Source of the DNA: a virus
Lineage: Duplodnaviria > Caudoviricetes
DNA length: 64,000 nt
Virus record (IMG/VR): IMGVR_UViG_3300022723_000184
Span: 32,001 to 96,000 of that record
Direction: 5' to 3' (one strand)
Shown here: positions 25,980 to 35,899 of the stretch, piece by piece
Position numbering within the stretch: position 1 is the stretch's first letter
Layout: every line of letters starts with the position of its first letter
Position numbers and translations under genes: made by a program
Notes under the pieces: generated by a model
Databases searched by the model: none
Told to the model about the DNA's origin: nothing
What the model saw: the letters and a program-made list of their open reading frames with translations, nothing else

Positions 25980-27333
25980 GGAAGCGCTGGTCGAGGGCGT
26001 GAAGCGGGCCGTGGACCTGGTGGACAACCAAGGCCTGACGCCCGACGCCGCAATCGAGAAGGTGGCCCGGTCGAACAAGTGGGGCGAAGGGATGATCCGC
26101 TTCGCCTCGCACGCCTACAACACCGGCCGGCAAACCGCTCAACGTGAGACCAACACCAGCATCCTCGACAAGTTCGCCGAGTTCCCCCTGGCCGATCCGG
26201 CCAAGGTGATCGAGGCCATCTACCCGTCGAGCGTGAAGTCGGCCGCCGATCTCCAGCAGGAGACCGGCGTCTCGTCCGACTACATCGCCCCGCCCGCCTG
26301 GCTGGGCCGGCGTCGCAAGGTCGCTTCGATGGAGAAGGCTGCTGCGGCAGACGACCTGCTCGCCAGGCAGCCGCGGCCCGAGCCCTACCAGCCCGACCCG
26401 CGGGTCAAGATGGCCAAGACGCACAGCCAGTACGTCGAGCTGCAGAAGGAGGCCGAGGAGGCCCGCCACCAGGCGGCCGTGGCCCACGAGAGCCTGATCG
26501 GCTCGATGGGCCGCCTCGCCGAGTACTTCAAGAAGCAGGCCCGCGACCGCTACCCGTTCCACGTGGTGGAGCACGCGGTGCAAACGTACTACCCCGAGTC
26601 GGCCGGGACCCTGATGGACTTCGCCTACAAGCGGAGCCGCCTGAAGGAGGCCCGGGCCAAGGACACCAAGCTCCCCCACGTGGCGATCGATCATGACGCC
26701 GCGCCGTTCAACCTGATCAAGGAGTGCATCGACCAGGGCGGCCGTGTCGTGCGACTCCGCGAACACCACAAAGAGGCGCAGGACGCCGTCGCTCGCTTCA
26801 AGGAGGGCGAGCTTGCCCCTTTTGTGGCAGCGCCTCCGGCGTCGCCGGAGGAAGTCAAGACGGCTTCCTCTCGCTATCTGATTGACGAGGAGCCCGCCCC
26901 CGCGAAGGAGGCCGGGTTCATGTCGTCGGTGGCCGGCTCGTCGGTGGCCGACCGGACCAAGAGCATTCTGGATCGGGCCATGTCCGATGCCCCGGTGCAG
27001 GAGGCGAACTACGCGACCCTGGAGGAACTCTCCGACCCGTCGCACGAGGCTGAGCTGAGGAAGATCCGGGCCCAGTCGTTGCTCTCGGAGATGATGGACG
27101 ACGAGGTGATCGGCGGCTATCGGCCTGAGCAGGTGTTGCAGGCGTACAACGAGATCTCGCAGCTCTCGCCCCGGGGGGCCATGCAGCCGCTGATCGCACG
27201 TTCGCTTCTCCGCCGGCACCTGCAAGGCAACATGGAGCCGTTCGAGGCCAAGGAGATCACGGACATCGAGAAAGGGGTCGGCGCCACCGAGGGGCCGAAC
27301 CTGTTGGGGCAACCTGCCAATGCACTCGTCTGA
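25954..27333 (+). CDS. Putative internal head protein, 459 aa (start MQTLSKERE)
   Basis: AGGAGG RBS before ATG 25954; motifs VKSAA, RKVAS, EKAAA, VKTAS, AKEAG. Confidence 0.8.
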   Translation: MQTLSKEREEALVEGVKRAVDLVDNQGLTPDAAIEKVARSNKWGEGMIRFASHAYNTGRQTAQRETNTSILDKFAEFPLADPAKVIEAIYPSSVKSAADLQQETGVSSDYIAPPAWLGRRRKVASMEKAAAADDLLARQPRPEPYQPDPRVKMAKTHSQYVELQKEAEEARHQAAVAHESLIGSMGRLAEYFKKQARDRYPFHVVEHAVQTYYPESAGTLMDFAYKRSRLKEARAKDTKLPHVAIDHDAAPFNLIKECIDQGGRVVRLREHHKEAQDAVARFKEGELAPFVAAPPASPEEVKTASSRYLIDEEPAPAKEAGFMSSVAGSSVADRTKSILDRAMSDAPVQEANYATLEELSDPSHEAELRKIRAQSLLSEMMDDEVIGGYRPEQVLQAYNEISQLSPRGAMQPLIARSLLRRHLQGNMEPFEAKEITDIEKGVGATEGPNLLGQPANALV

Positions 27334-28261
27334 CGAACAACTCGACATGGCTTCGATGACGCTCGCCAAGCGGGCGGCCGTCGTGCGCATGCTCCCCCCG
27401 ACCCGAGAGAAGCGGGCCCAGACCGGGTCCAACAGTTTCCTGAGCAACCTGGGCGCGATGTGGGCGGCGACCCCCGACGCGGCCAAAGGTGCCCTGATGG
27501 GTGCGGGTCTCGGCGGGGTGGGCGGTTACCTGAGCCAGGCGGGCCGGGACGAGGAAGACAGGCGGCCATGGGGCTCGGCGTTGACCGGGGCCCTGGCCGG
27601 CGGCGCCCTCGGCGGTGGCATGGGCTTGGCGGCACCCCGTCTCCGCGAGCTGTACGACACGCATCAGCTGGACCGTCAGATCGCCGAACTTGAGGCGAAG
27701 ACTCAGCCCGGCGTGGCCAACGAACTGGGACACAAGGCGGTGGGCGCAGTGAGCGGCGCTGCCCCCGGCCTCCTGGGCCTCGGCGCGTACCACGCCCACC
27801 GTAACCTGCCGGAGTACGTTGGGCAGGGCCGCTGGTTCGGCGGGCGTATGGTGAACCCCGACGACCTGGCGGCCAGGGTCCAGGCCGGCACGGCCAGTGC
27901 CGCCGACCGGAAGTTCGTTGAGCGGATCACTGAAGGAGGCCGCAAGTCGCTTTCCGAAACGCTCAAGAGCGGTTACGGCGCGTCGGGAGGTAAGGGCGGT
28001 CCGTGGTCCGCGACCAAGTTCACGCCGGGCGGGGCCCCGTACCTTCGTCGTGAGCACGGCTTCCTTCAAAAACTCCTCGGCAGCGGTCGGTACTACCCGA
28101 CTGGTACTGGACGGGCCAAGATACGGGGATCGCTCGGATCCATCGCCGCGTTCGCCCTGCCGATGCTCTTGCAGCGGATGGGTGAAAAGGCCATGCCCAG
28201 CGACGATTCGCGGCAGCTTCAGGAGCTGTACCGACAGCGTGCGGCGGCAGTCGCCAGGTAA
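27320..28261 (+). CDS. Glycine-zipper protein (putative ejection/membrane-interacting), 313 aa
   Basis: GALMGAGLGGVGGYL and GALTGALAGGALGGGMGLAA segments; AKRAA and EKRAQ motifs. Confidence 0.75.
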   Translation: MHSSDEQLDMASMTLAKRAAVVRMLPPTREKRAQTGSNSFLSNLGAMWAATPDAAKGALMGAGLGGVGGYLSQAGRDEEDRRPWGSALTGALAGGALGGGMGLAAPRLRELYDTHQLDRQIAELEAKTQPGVANELGHKAVGAVSGAAPGLLGLGAYHAHRNLPEYVGQGRWFGGRMVNPDDLAARVQAGTASAADRKFVERITEGGRKSLSETLKSGYGASGGKGGPWSATKFTPGGAPYLRREHGFLQKLLGSGRYYPTGTGRAKIRGSLGSIAAFALPMLLQRMGEKAMPSDDSRQLQELYRQRAAAVAR

Positions 28262-28273
28262 AGGAATACCGAC

Positions 28274-31200
28274 ATGTCCATGGTGAAAATCGTCGACCCT
28301 CGTGGCTGGAACTGGGACCGTCCCGTGGCCCAGGCCATCAAGGTTTCGAGTCGAGGTCTGATCGGCAACGACCGGTCTGACTTCCTCAAGACCGCGAGCC
28401 ATGAGTTCGTGGACATGATCGACAACATGAAGGTGGCCAAGGACGAGCAGCCGGTGCATTTGATTGCGCTCGGCGCCAGTGAGGCATATGGCTGCTTTCC
28501 TGCCGGTACCCCTGTCCGAATGTCTGACGGAACACTAAAGGCAATCGATCAAATTGCTGAAAACGAGTACGTTGTTGATCGTCTTGGTCGACCAGCCAAA
28601 GTGCTAAAAACATGGCAGAAACCGTGGGACGGTCCTGGAATCTCGCTGAAGGTAGAAGGGCTGTTAGACAATCTGGTGCAGACAGCTGATCATCGTTTTT
28701 ACGTGATCAAAGGGTCGCAGGTTGAATGTCTAATAGACAAGGCCAAGCACTGTAAACCGGATACCTGCCAACAGAACAAGATCTGTTCGACGCGTAATTG
28801 TGCCCGCGCATCGGTGTCGTACGACCCTGGGTGGGTAGAAGCCAAGGACATCGTGGCAGGTGATTACGTGTTGGCGGCTGTTCCGGACCGCGGTGTAGGC
28901 GAGCAAACATGGGGTTGGTCGAAGCCGTTGGCCCGCGTCATCGGCTACTTCCTGGCAGAAGGCTCTTACGAGAAATCTAAAAGCGACGGTACCCGGAAAG
29001 CACTGAGATTCGATTTTGGATTCGACGATGAACCCCATATTATCCCGGACTTTTTGGATTGCGCTTCGGCCCTCCTCGAAGACTATGACGGGCTGACGAT
29101 CAAAGGCCCATACCGCAGCGAAGACAAGCACACTATTACATACGCTCTTCGGCACGACGCTCTGGTGTCGCGAGTGCATGCTGCTGTCGGAGAGTACTCT
29201 ACCGGGAAGCGATTGTATGGGTCTGTTTTCTCACAACACCCGGACATAATTGCCGAAATGGTCGGGGCCTATCTGGACGGGGACGGTACTTGTCCTCGCT
29301 ACGCCAGGCGGGATTTGGGTACCGACGAAGGTAGGTTCGCGTGTGGTACGGCTTCACGCGATCTCGCGATCGATCTTCAATGGCTCCTTGGAAGGCTGGG
29401 CGTACCGGCGACGGTCTGTGCTGTGTCCGAAGACGCTTTGGCCGAAAACGCCTCGGGATTTTATCACGTAGGTTTTTCTAATACCGCCGGCTCGTTCTTG
29501 CAAGGGCGGTGCTCCAAGTACCGGCGGGAGGAACCTCGACAGAGTAAGCAGAGATCGTTCGCTTGGAATGGTTACATTGCTCGCCCGGTACGTGAGGTGA
29601 ATCCGGTGAGGTTGGAAGAGCCTGTGTTCAACCTGGAAGTGGAAGGTGATCATACTTACACCGTCGGTAACGGCGTGGTTGTTCACAACTCAAACCGAAA
29701 CGGCGACGGCTTCAAGGAGGCCACCTGCAAGAAGTACCACCACACGTTCAAGAAACACGCACGGTGGTACCGTAACCACCGCAACAAGAACCCCGAAAAG
29801 TCCTACGGCTACATCAAGGCCTCGGCCTACAACCATCCGATGCGTCGTGTCGAGTTGCTGACGATGCTCAACAAGACCAAGGAGGCCGCGGAGCGGAACG
29901 GCGGCCTGGTCGCCGACAAGGAGATGGCCAAGATCGCGGCCGGTGACGACATACCCGTAAGTATGGCTTGCTTTCCGGGGGATACGTTGGTGCGTAGGTG
30001 GACCGGAGAACACGTACCCATCGCTGAAATTTGCCACGGCGATCGGGTGCGGACTCATCACGGGAATGAGGGGGAAGTGACGCTGACGTCTCGCCGCCTT
30101 TACGCCGGGGATTTCGCGAGAATTTACGCTTACGGTCTGCCTGACGCGTTGTCGGCGACTGAAAATCACAGGATTTGGGTTCGCCCCGCGCTGAAAGGAA
30201 AAACACCTCGGTGTCCGGTGTGTGGAAAGCAATTCAAATCTTTGGGGTGCCATTTCCGAGAACAGAAGGACGCGCAGCACGCGTTGGCTGCGGCAAACTA
30301 CGGCCGGTACGCCGAGGGCTGGGTAGAGGCAGGCCAGGTCGTAGCCGGCGATTTTGTCCGCGTTCCGATCGACCAGGAAGTGCTCGAAGAGGGCGACGCG
30401 ACCTATGCGGCCTTGCTGGGTCTCTACTTGGCGGAAGGTAACACTTGGCAATACGCAAGGTACGAGAAGTCTCCGCTAGACACCTATCGCGGTGTCGATT
30501 TCTCGTTCCACCGAGAAGAAAAGGAACTGGCGGACAAAACGATCGGACTGCTTCACGAACTGGGTTATCGTCGTACGCACGTATATTTGAGGAAGAACAA
30601 CGTGCGACTGGTTCGTGTTTGCTCGGCAGAGTTGGCGGATCGTCTGGAGGTTGACGGAGGCAAAGGAGCCTGGGGCAAGCGAATTTCTCCGGGCATCATG
30701 AAGTGGTCGCCCCCGACGCAAAAGCTGATCCTTGAGAACTGGCTGGAAGGTGACGGTACGTTCAGCCGCCAACACCAAACGGTAGTCGGCGTGTCGGTAT
30801 CCCGCGAACTATGTCGGCAGATGGCGGAGATCGGCTGGCGCAACGGTATTTGCGTCAAACTCGGGAGACAAAAAAGAGGGAAAGGGTGCGACACCTGTAC
30901 GATTCGTCGCTCCGAAGTGAGTAGGCTTTCGTTGTCTAAGGTCCCGGCCGATTTCTTTCCGCCTTCGCCTGTGTCTGTTTCCTGCGGGCACCTGAAAAAC
31001 CAGGCAACGGCCGCCACGACTAAGCCACGTATTTCTTCCAAACCGATGACGTTTATCGAAAACGGTTTCCTTTACTTGCGGGTAAGGAAAGTAGAGCGGT
31101 TCTACGACGAGACGTATGTGTACAACATGACCGTCGAGTCGGACCACTCGTACACTGCCAACGACGTGGGCGTGTCCAACTGCCGCGTCCCTTACGACGA

Positions 31201-32167
31201 GTGCAGCGGTTGTGGTAACAAGGCCAGGACCCGCGACGAGTATTGCACCAGTGCCACCTGCAAGTACGGCGGGTGCCGCGACAACCTGACGAAGGTGGCG
31301 GCCGATGGTCACATCCTTCACGTCGACAACCCGAATCCCAACTGGTTCGACATTTCCAACGTCTACCGCCCGGCCGACCGGATCGCTTACGGCGGTGCCG
31401 CCGACTACCTGCAGAAGGCGGCGAGCGCCATCGACTTCATGGGCGGTGCCGAGCTGGCGCAGCACCTGGGCGTGACCGCCCCGCTCAACGTGATCCTCAA
31501 CCAGGACGAGCCGTACCACTGGAACACGGCGATCGACGGACAGATCAAGCTCGCCTACGGCCTGGCCATGCTGGAGAAGAAGGGCCACAACGTGCCCAGC
31601 GAAACCCTCCGGGCTTTCGCCGCTCCGGTCCAGCCCCAGATGAACCAGGAGATGTTCTTGCTCCTGGGAAGCCCGGGCACCGAGAAGTCGGCCACGGCCC
31701 TCGCCGCCTTGGCCGATCGGAAGGTGGTCCTGCCCCTCCGTGAGTTTGCTCGCTGGACCGGCAAGTCGGCTTCGGCCGATGCCGCTGAGGCCCTGCTCCC
31801 TGGCGTGTTCGGACGCCTGGTGGAGCGTGGCGATCTCGAAAGTCGCTTGACGGTCAACCGTTACGCGACTACCGAGAAGACGGCGTCGATCGCCCAGCGG
31901 ACCCTGGCCACCAACCTGGAGGGCGGTTACGGTCTGACCTCGACTGCGGTCAGGGACCGGGCCATGCGGTCCTCGATCCGGCAGGCTCCGGCCCCGGATT
32001 CAAAAAGTACTTTTTGGAATGAGAAGCAGGCCGCAGACTCGCCAGAGGCGGCGAGCTTGGCGGAAGAATACGCCCTCTATAAACTGGCAGCCCTCCACCG
32101 TATCGCGGCCTATGATCAAGAGTTTCATTTGACAGGACGCTTTGCTCTGGCACAGAATTGTGTATGA
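28274..32167 (+). CDS. Prohead (capsid maturation) serine protease with 2 inteins; ~494 extein aa
   Basis: GASEAYG|SNRNGDGF, RNHRNK, PVSMA|CRVPYDECSGCG and WFDISNVYRPADRIAY match the phage prohead protease pattern; located upstream of scaffold and capsid genes. Confidence 0.82.
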   Translation: MSMVKIVDPRGWNWDRPVAQAIKVSSRGLIGNDRSDFLKTASHEFVDMIDNMKVAKDEQPVHLIALGASEAYGCFPAGTPVRMSDGTLKAIDQIAENEYVVDRLGRPAKVLKTWQKPWDGPGISLKVEGLLDNLVQTADHRFYVIKGSQVECLIDKAKHCKPDTCQQNKICSTRNCARASVSYDPGWVEAKDIVAGDYVLAAVPDRGVGEQTWGWSKPLARVIGYFLAEGSYEKSKSDGTRKALRFDFGFDDEPHIIPDFLDCASALLEDYDGLTIKGPYRSEDKHTITYALRHDALVSRVHAAVGEYSTGKRLYGSVFSQHPDIIAEMVGAYLDGDGTCPRYARRDLGTDEGRFACGTASRDLAIDLQWLLGRLGVPATVCAVSEDALAENASGFYHVGFSNTAGSFLQGRCSKYRREEPRQSKQRSFAWNGYIARPVREVNPVRLEEPVFNLEVEGDHTYTVGNGVVVHNSNRNGDGFKEATCKKYHHTFKKHARWYRNHRNKNPEKSYGYIKASAYNHPMRRVELLTMLNKTKEAAERNGGLVADKEMAKIAAGDDIPVSMACFPGDTLVRRWTGEHVPIAEICHGDRVRTHHGNEGEVTLTSRRLYAGDFARIYAYGLPDALSATENHRIWVRPALKGKTPRCPVCGKQFKSLGCHFREQKDAQHALAAANYGRYAEGWVEAGQVVAGDFVRVPIDQEVLEEGDATYAALLGLYLAEGNTWQYARYEKSPLDTYRGVDFSFHREEKELADKTIGLLHELGYRRTHVYLRKNNVRLVRVCSAELADRLEVDGGKGAWGKRISPGIMKWSPPTQKLILENWLEGDGTFSRQHQTVVGVSVSRELCRQMAEIGWRNGICVKLGRQKRGKGCDTCTIRRSEVSRLSLSKVPADFFPPSPVSVSCGHLKNQATAATTKPRISSKPMTFIENGFLYLRVRKVERFYDETYVYNMTVESDHSYTANDVGVSNCRVPYDECSGCGNKARTRDEYCTSATCKYGGCRDNLTKVAADGHILHVDNPNPNWFDISNVYRPADRIAYGGAADYLQKAASAIDFMGGAELAQHLGVTAPLNVILNQDEPYHWNTAIDGQIKLAYGLAMLEKKGHNVPSETLRAFAAPVQPQMNQEMFLLLGSPGTEKSATALAALADRKVVLPLREFARWTGKSASADAAEALLPGVFGRLVERGDLESRLTVNRYATTEKTASIAQRTLATNLEGGYGLTSTAVRDRAMRSSIRQAPAPDSKSTFWNEKQAADSPEAASLAEEYALYKLAALHRIAAYDQEFHLTGRFALAQNCV
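28493..29689 (+). mobile_element. Intein 10 in the protease (399 aa, LAGLIDADG)
   Basis: CFPAGTPV...VFNLEVEGDHTYTVGNGVVVHN followed by +1 Ser; motifs GYFLAEG and AYLDGDG. Confidence 0.9.
29969..31180 (+). mobile_element. Intein 11 in the protease (404 aa, LAGLIDADG)
   Basis: CFPGDTLV...VYNMTVESDHSYTANDVGVSN followed by +1 Cys; motifs GLYLAEG and NWLEGDG. Confidence 0.9.
31999..32019. promoter_or_regulatory. AT-rich palindromic box TTCAAAAAGTACTTTTTGGAA (copy 3), inside the protease 3' end
   Basis: Same box as at 14822-14840, 21636-21647 and 57965-57982. Confidence 0.55.
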
Positions 32168-32238
32168 TGTCCGGAACTCGTGGACACCGGCACAATCGCC
32201 GCAGGCAAGGACGACCAAAAACGAGAAGGAGTCTCACC

Positions 32239-33654
32239 ATGAGCAGCGCCCAGGAGAGCATGCAGACCATCGAGAGCTTCCTCGATCAGGTCGGCGCTCA
32301 ACCCGAGAAAAAGGCCGCCGAGGCCAACACCGAAGCCGGCGGTTACGACGGCGCTACCACCCACCCGGTGAAGGACGTCGACGACCGGACGGAGGACGCC
32401 GACGAAGGCGCCCGCTCGTCCGAGAACTCCGAGGACACGAAGGACGACAAGATCGGCCCGGGCAAGCCCTCGGTCGACGCGACGTCCGAGGCCAAGGCCA
32501 AGGTCGGTGCCGACGAGGGCACCGCGGCCAGCGACCAGACGCAGATCGGCACGAACAAGCAGCCGACCGGCGACGACCCCTCGAACGAGACGCAGGGCAC
32601 CAAGCCCGGCAAGGAGGACGGTCAGTACGACGGTCCCTCCACCCACCCCGCCCGCACCGACAACAACGAGCTGGACGGTAACAAGTACTCGGCCGACCTC
32701 TCGGGCATGTCGATCGCTCAGCTTGCCAAGGAGGCCGCGGATCTCGGCAACGAGATCTGCGCCGACATCGCCAACGAGGCCACCACGGCCAAACAGGCGA
32801 TGGACAAGTGCCCCGGTTGCAAGGAAGACAAGGGTTCTTGCAAGTGCGGCATGTACGGCAAAGACAAGTACGACAAAAGCATGCACGGCAAAGACAAGTA
32901 CGACAAAAGCATGCACGGCAAAGACGAGTACGACAAAGAGGCAGGCGATCAACTCTCGCAGCAGGTCGGCTGGGAGATGGCCGGCCTGGTGACCGGCAAC
33001 TTCGACAAGAAGGCCGCGGACTCGATGGTGCACAGCGCCCTCAAGGACGTGGTGAAGACGGCCAGCGACGACGCGGACAACGTTGTCGAGTACCTCTCGG
33101 CCTATGACCTAGCCGAAAAGGAGGCTGCGGAGAAAGCCGCGATGGGCGGCGATCCGCTGGGAGGTATGCCGGGCGGTGACGCCGGCGCCATTCCTCCCGA
33201 GGCCCTGGGCGCTGCGCCCGGAGCTGCGCCGGCCCTCGCTCCGGCTCCGGCTGGTCCCGAAGGCGGTGCTCCCGAAGGCGGTGCTCCCGAAGGCGGTGCT
33301 CCCGAGGGCGGTGCCCCTGAGGACGAAGCGGCCATGCTCGCCGCGGTCCTCGACGAACTGGGTGTGAGCCCGGAGGAGCTGGAAGCGGCCCTGGCCGCTC
33401 AGGGCGGCGGTGGCGGTCTCCCCGGTGCCGAGGCCCCCGCTGGCCCTGCTCCAGCGGGCGGTGAGGGCGACGAGGAAGCCGGTGCGATGGAGGCCCAGGC
33501 TTCGGCCGGCGCCACCAAGAAGGCCGGCGATCCGACCACCGAAGAGAAGAAGGCCGAGATGAAAAACTACATCTCGGAGATCGTCACCCGCTCCCGTCAG
33601 AAGCGGGCCGCGGACAAGGCGAAGAAGGACACGGAAGCCGCGAAGGGCTCCTGA
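32239..33654 (+). CDS. Capsid scaffolding / prohead core protein, 471 aa
   Basis: Acidic, low-complexity, many K-x-A motifs, positioned between protease and capsid genes; AAGGAG RBS. Confidence 0.7.
   Translation: MSSAQESMQTIESFLDQVGAQPEKKAAEANTEAGGYDGATTHPVKDVDDRTEDADEGARSSENSEDTKDDKIGPGKPSVDATSEAKAKVGADEGTAASDQTQIGTNKQPTGDDPSNETQGTKPGKEDGQYDGPSTHPARTDNNELDGNKYSADLSGMSIAQLAKEAADLGNEICADIANEATTAKQAMDKCPGCKEDKGSCKCGMYGKDKYDKSMHGKDKYDKSMHGKDEYDKEAGDQLSQQVGWEMAGLVTGNFDKKAADSMVHSALKDVVKTASDDADNVVEYLSAYDLAEKEAAEKAAMGGDPLGGMPGGDAGAIPPEALGAAPGAAPALAPAPAGPEGGAPEGGAPEGGAPEGGAPEDEAAMLAAVLDELGVSPEELEAALAAQGGGGGLPGAEAPAGPAPAGGEGDEEAGAMEAQASAGATKKAGDPTTEEKKAEMKNYISEIVTRSRQKRAADKAKKDTEAAKGS
32849..32938 (+). 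repeat. 3 x 30-bp coding tandem repeat (M[YH]GKD[KE]YDK[SE])
   Basis: GCATG(T/C)ACGGCAAAGAC(A/G)AGTACGACAAAA repeated three times. Confidence 0.9.
33256..33315 (+). repeat. 4 x 15-bp coding tandem repeat (PEGGA)
   Basis: CCCGAAGGCGGTGCT repeated. Confidence 0.9.
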
Positions 33655-33715
33655 CCCTGCAGCGGATGAAGCAGCAACAGGAAACCCTTCGACTGCAAAG
33701 TCACGGAGGACTCAG

Positions 33716-34141
33716 ATGAACGCACAACTCGCCCAGAAGACGCTTCGTTTCGTGCAGCTCTCCAGCGAGCTGTCCAAGCGGGCGCTCGACGAGCGGAACC
33801 AGCTGACCGAAGATCGCGAGAAGGCGGCGGCCGGCCGGGACCAGCTCATCGGTTCGATGTTGGAGGCCGAGGCCATCAACGATAACCAGCAGACCAAGGT
33901 GGCCGAGATGCTCGGCTTCCATGATGGGACAACCAAGCTCCTCAAGTCGGCGATCGCCCGGATCGCTGAACTCAGCAAGACCCAGAAGCAGGCCGGTGAA
34001 CTCGGCGAAGGAGTCGATCCCTCCGTCGTGGATGGCTCGCCCAAGGAGGCCGCGGTGAACGACAACTACGTCGGCGCCCGGTCGTCCGAGAAGCGGGCGT
34101 CGGACCGGGCACTTCTCGAAGGCCTCGGCCTCGGGGGGTAA
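33716..34141 (+). CDS. Helical head-module protein, 141 aa
   Basis: CACGGAGG RBS; QKQAG and EKRAS motifs. Confidence 0.75.
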   Translation: MNAQLAQKTLRFVQLSSELSKRALDERNQLTEDREKAAAGRDQLIGSMLEAEAINDNQQTKVAEMLGFHDGTTKLLKSAIARIAELSKTQKQAGELGEGVDPSVVDGSPKEAAVNDNYVGARSSEKRASDRALLEGLGLGG

Positions 34142-34242
34142 CCCTAGATCGTGACGGCCCCGCGGTGTATACTGCGGGAGCCATTTAGGAACGGATTTCC
34201 TTGGGGCTGAAGCAGCCCTGAAAGACTCACGGAGGACACACG

Positions 34243-34782
34243 ATGGCAGCTCCTCGCCAAATGACCGCCCACACGCTCGACGCTCTCAAGGGTTGGCCGG
34301 CGCCGCACGCGCTGGACTTCGCTGCGGAGCTGAGCGAGTCGATTCCCGGCGCCAACCTTCCCGTACTCTCGGGCACGGTGGTCCGCCTCAACGCGTCCGG
34401 CAAGTTCGAGCTGGGCGTCGGCACCAGCTCGGTGATGCCGCTGTTCCTGTTCAGCAACAGCGACGACCCGGACGTCGAGAATGACGGCGGCGACGCTTCG
34501 ACCGACAAGGGTGTCTTCGTCCCGATCACGCCGTCGGGCAAGGCCATGGCCCTCGTGGCCACGGGCGCCTACGAGCTGACGAGCACCGAGTTCGTCGCCG
34601 ACACGTACGCCCCGAACGACGCGCTGACCGCGGCCACGGCCGGCGGCAACGCCGGCAAGCTCGCCAAGGGCACGATGTACACCGACATGATCGTCGGCAT
34701 CGTTTCCCGCGGTCAGGTCGACAACGGATACGGCACCGACGCCCTGGCGTTCTGGCCGCACCCGGTCTTCCCGACCCCGTAA
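34243..34782 (+). CDS. Head decoration/cement protein, 179 aa
   Basis: Small beta-rich gene directly upstream of the MCP; SGTVVRLNASGKFELG and GIVSRG patterns. Confidence 0.65.
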   Translation: MAAPRQMTAHTLDALKGWPAPHALDFAAELSESIPGANLPVLSGTVVRLNASGKFELGVGTSSVMPLFLFSNSDDPDVENDGGDASTDKGVFVPITPSGKAMALVATGAYELTSTEFVADTYAPNDALTAATAGGNAGKLAKGTMYTDMIVGIVSRGQVDNGYGTDALAFWPHPVFPTP

Positions 34783-34853
34783 ACCCTGGACTGACCCCGT
34801 AGTGGGTCAGTCCCGCACGGACGTACCCACAGAAGATCACGGAGGACACTTCG

Positions 34854-35792
34854 ATGTCGATCACCACCCAAGAGGAGAGCAAGCTCCTCAACGAGACGCT
34901 CTTCGAGAAGCTGTCGTCCCGCGACCCCGTGCTGGAGAAGCAGGCCGTCGACGCGGTCAACGACTTCACCCGCACGAAGATGCGTGAAGACGGCTTCTTC
35001 CGTCGGATCATGCCGCCGCTACCCATCTCGAACGACGAGCTGGACCGCCAGGTGGACACCGACAAGCCCGTGAAGGTCGTGGACAAGGAGCCGGACAGCC
35101 CGGCGGCCATCTCCATCCCCTTCGCCACCCTGCCCCAGAACCTCTACATCCGAGGCCCCCGGTACAAGGTGACGTTCGACCGCATCGTCACCCCTCGGTT
35201 CACCAAGGACGTAGACGAGCTGCGCACCTGGATCATGGACATTCGCCAAGTCCTTTCAGACAATGCAATTAAGGACATGTTGGCGGAAGAGGACGGTAAG
35301 TTCATGACCGCGGTGAACACCGCGATCGTGGGTGCCGGCCTTACGGTCCCGACCTCGGGCACCGTGCAGCACGAGGTGATCGCCGGTGGCATCACCCGCG
35401 ACACGCTGTTCGACGGCCTGAAGATCATGCCCAACACGCCCTCCAACCTGGAGGTGCACACGGTCCTGATCAACCACATCACCATCAAGGACGTGGCGAA
35501 GTTCAGCCGCAACGAGATGGGTGGTGACCTGTCGCAGGACATCATGCGGCAGGGTTGGACCCTGCAGGAGTTCCAGGGCAAGCAGTGGATCATCACGATC
35601 AAGAAGGGTCTGGTGCCCACCAACACACTGTACTACTTCGCCGATCCGAAGTTCATCGGCAAGTTCTACGTGCTGGAGGACACGACCATGTACATTCGCC
35701 GCGAGGCCTACATGCTGGAGTTCTTCGCGTACGAGACCATCGGCGCGACGATCGGCCACACCAGCGGCATCGCTCGGGCGGACTACGTCTGA
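34854..35792 (+). CDS. Major capsid protein (HK97-fold), 312 aa
   Basis: Follows protease, scaffold and decoration genes; strong RBS; very high GC3; followed by a terminator; EKQA near the N-terminus. Confidence 0.8.
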   Translation: MSITTQEESKLLNETLFEKLSSRDPVLEKQAVDAVNDFTRTKMREDGFFRRIMPPLPISNDELDRQVDTDKPVKVVDKEPDSPAAISIPFATLPQNLYIRGPRYKVTFDRIVTPRFTKDVDELRTWIMDIRQVLSDNAIKDMLAEEDGKFMTAVNTAIVGAGLTVPTSGTVQHEVIAGGITRDTLFDGLKIMPNTPSNLEVHTVLINHITIKDVAKFSRNEMGGDLSQDIMRQGWTLQEFQGKQWIITIKKGLVPTNTLYYFADPKFIGKFYVLEDTTMYIRREAYMLEFFAYETIGATIGHTSGIARADYV

Positions 35793-35815
35793 GCCCTGAT
35801 CAGCTGAACCGATGA

Positions 35816-35846
35816 GGGGCCTGGTCCTCGGGCCGGGTCCCTTTTT
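35816..35846 (+). terminator. Intrinsic terminator after the MCP
   Basis: GC-rich stem GGGGCCTGGTC/GGCCGGGTCCC (with G-U pairs) followed by TTTTT. Confidence 0.7.
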
Positions 35847-35899
35847 CACGAACCGGGCCAGCCCGCCGGCTAAAAGGCGGGACCACGAAGGGAAGACCC

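Noticed and set aside
32129-32168. TTGACA and TATGAT upstream of the scaffold as a sigma70 promoter pair
   Set aside because: The spacer is 28 nt, too long; the -10 alone remains possible.
32849-33315. 30-bp and 15-bp repeats as a possible CRISPR array
   Set aside because: Head-to-tail in-frame coding repeats with no spacers and no cas genes.
14789-35860. CCGATGAG in the repeats resembles the hammerhead ribozyme core CUGANGA
   Set aside because: No properly paired stem II followed by GAAA was found in any copy.
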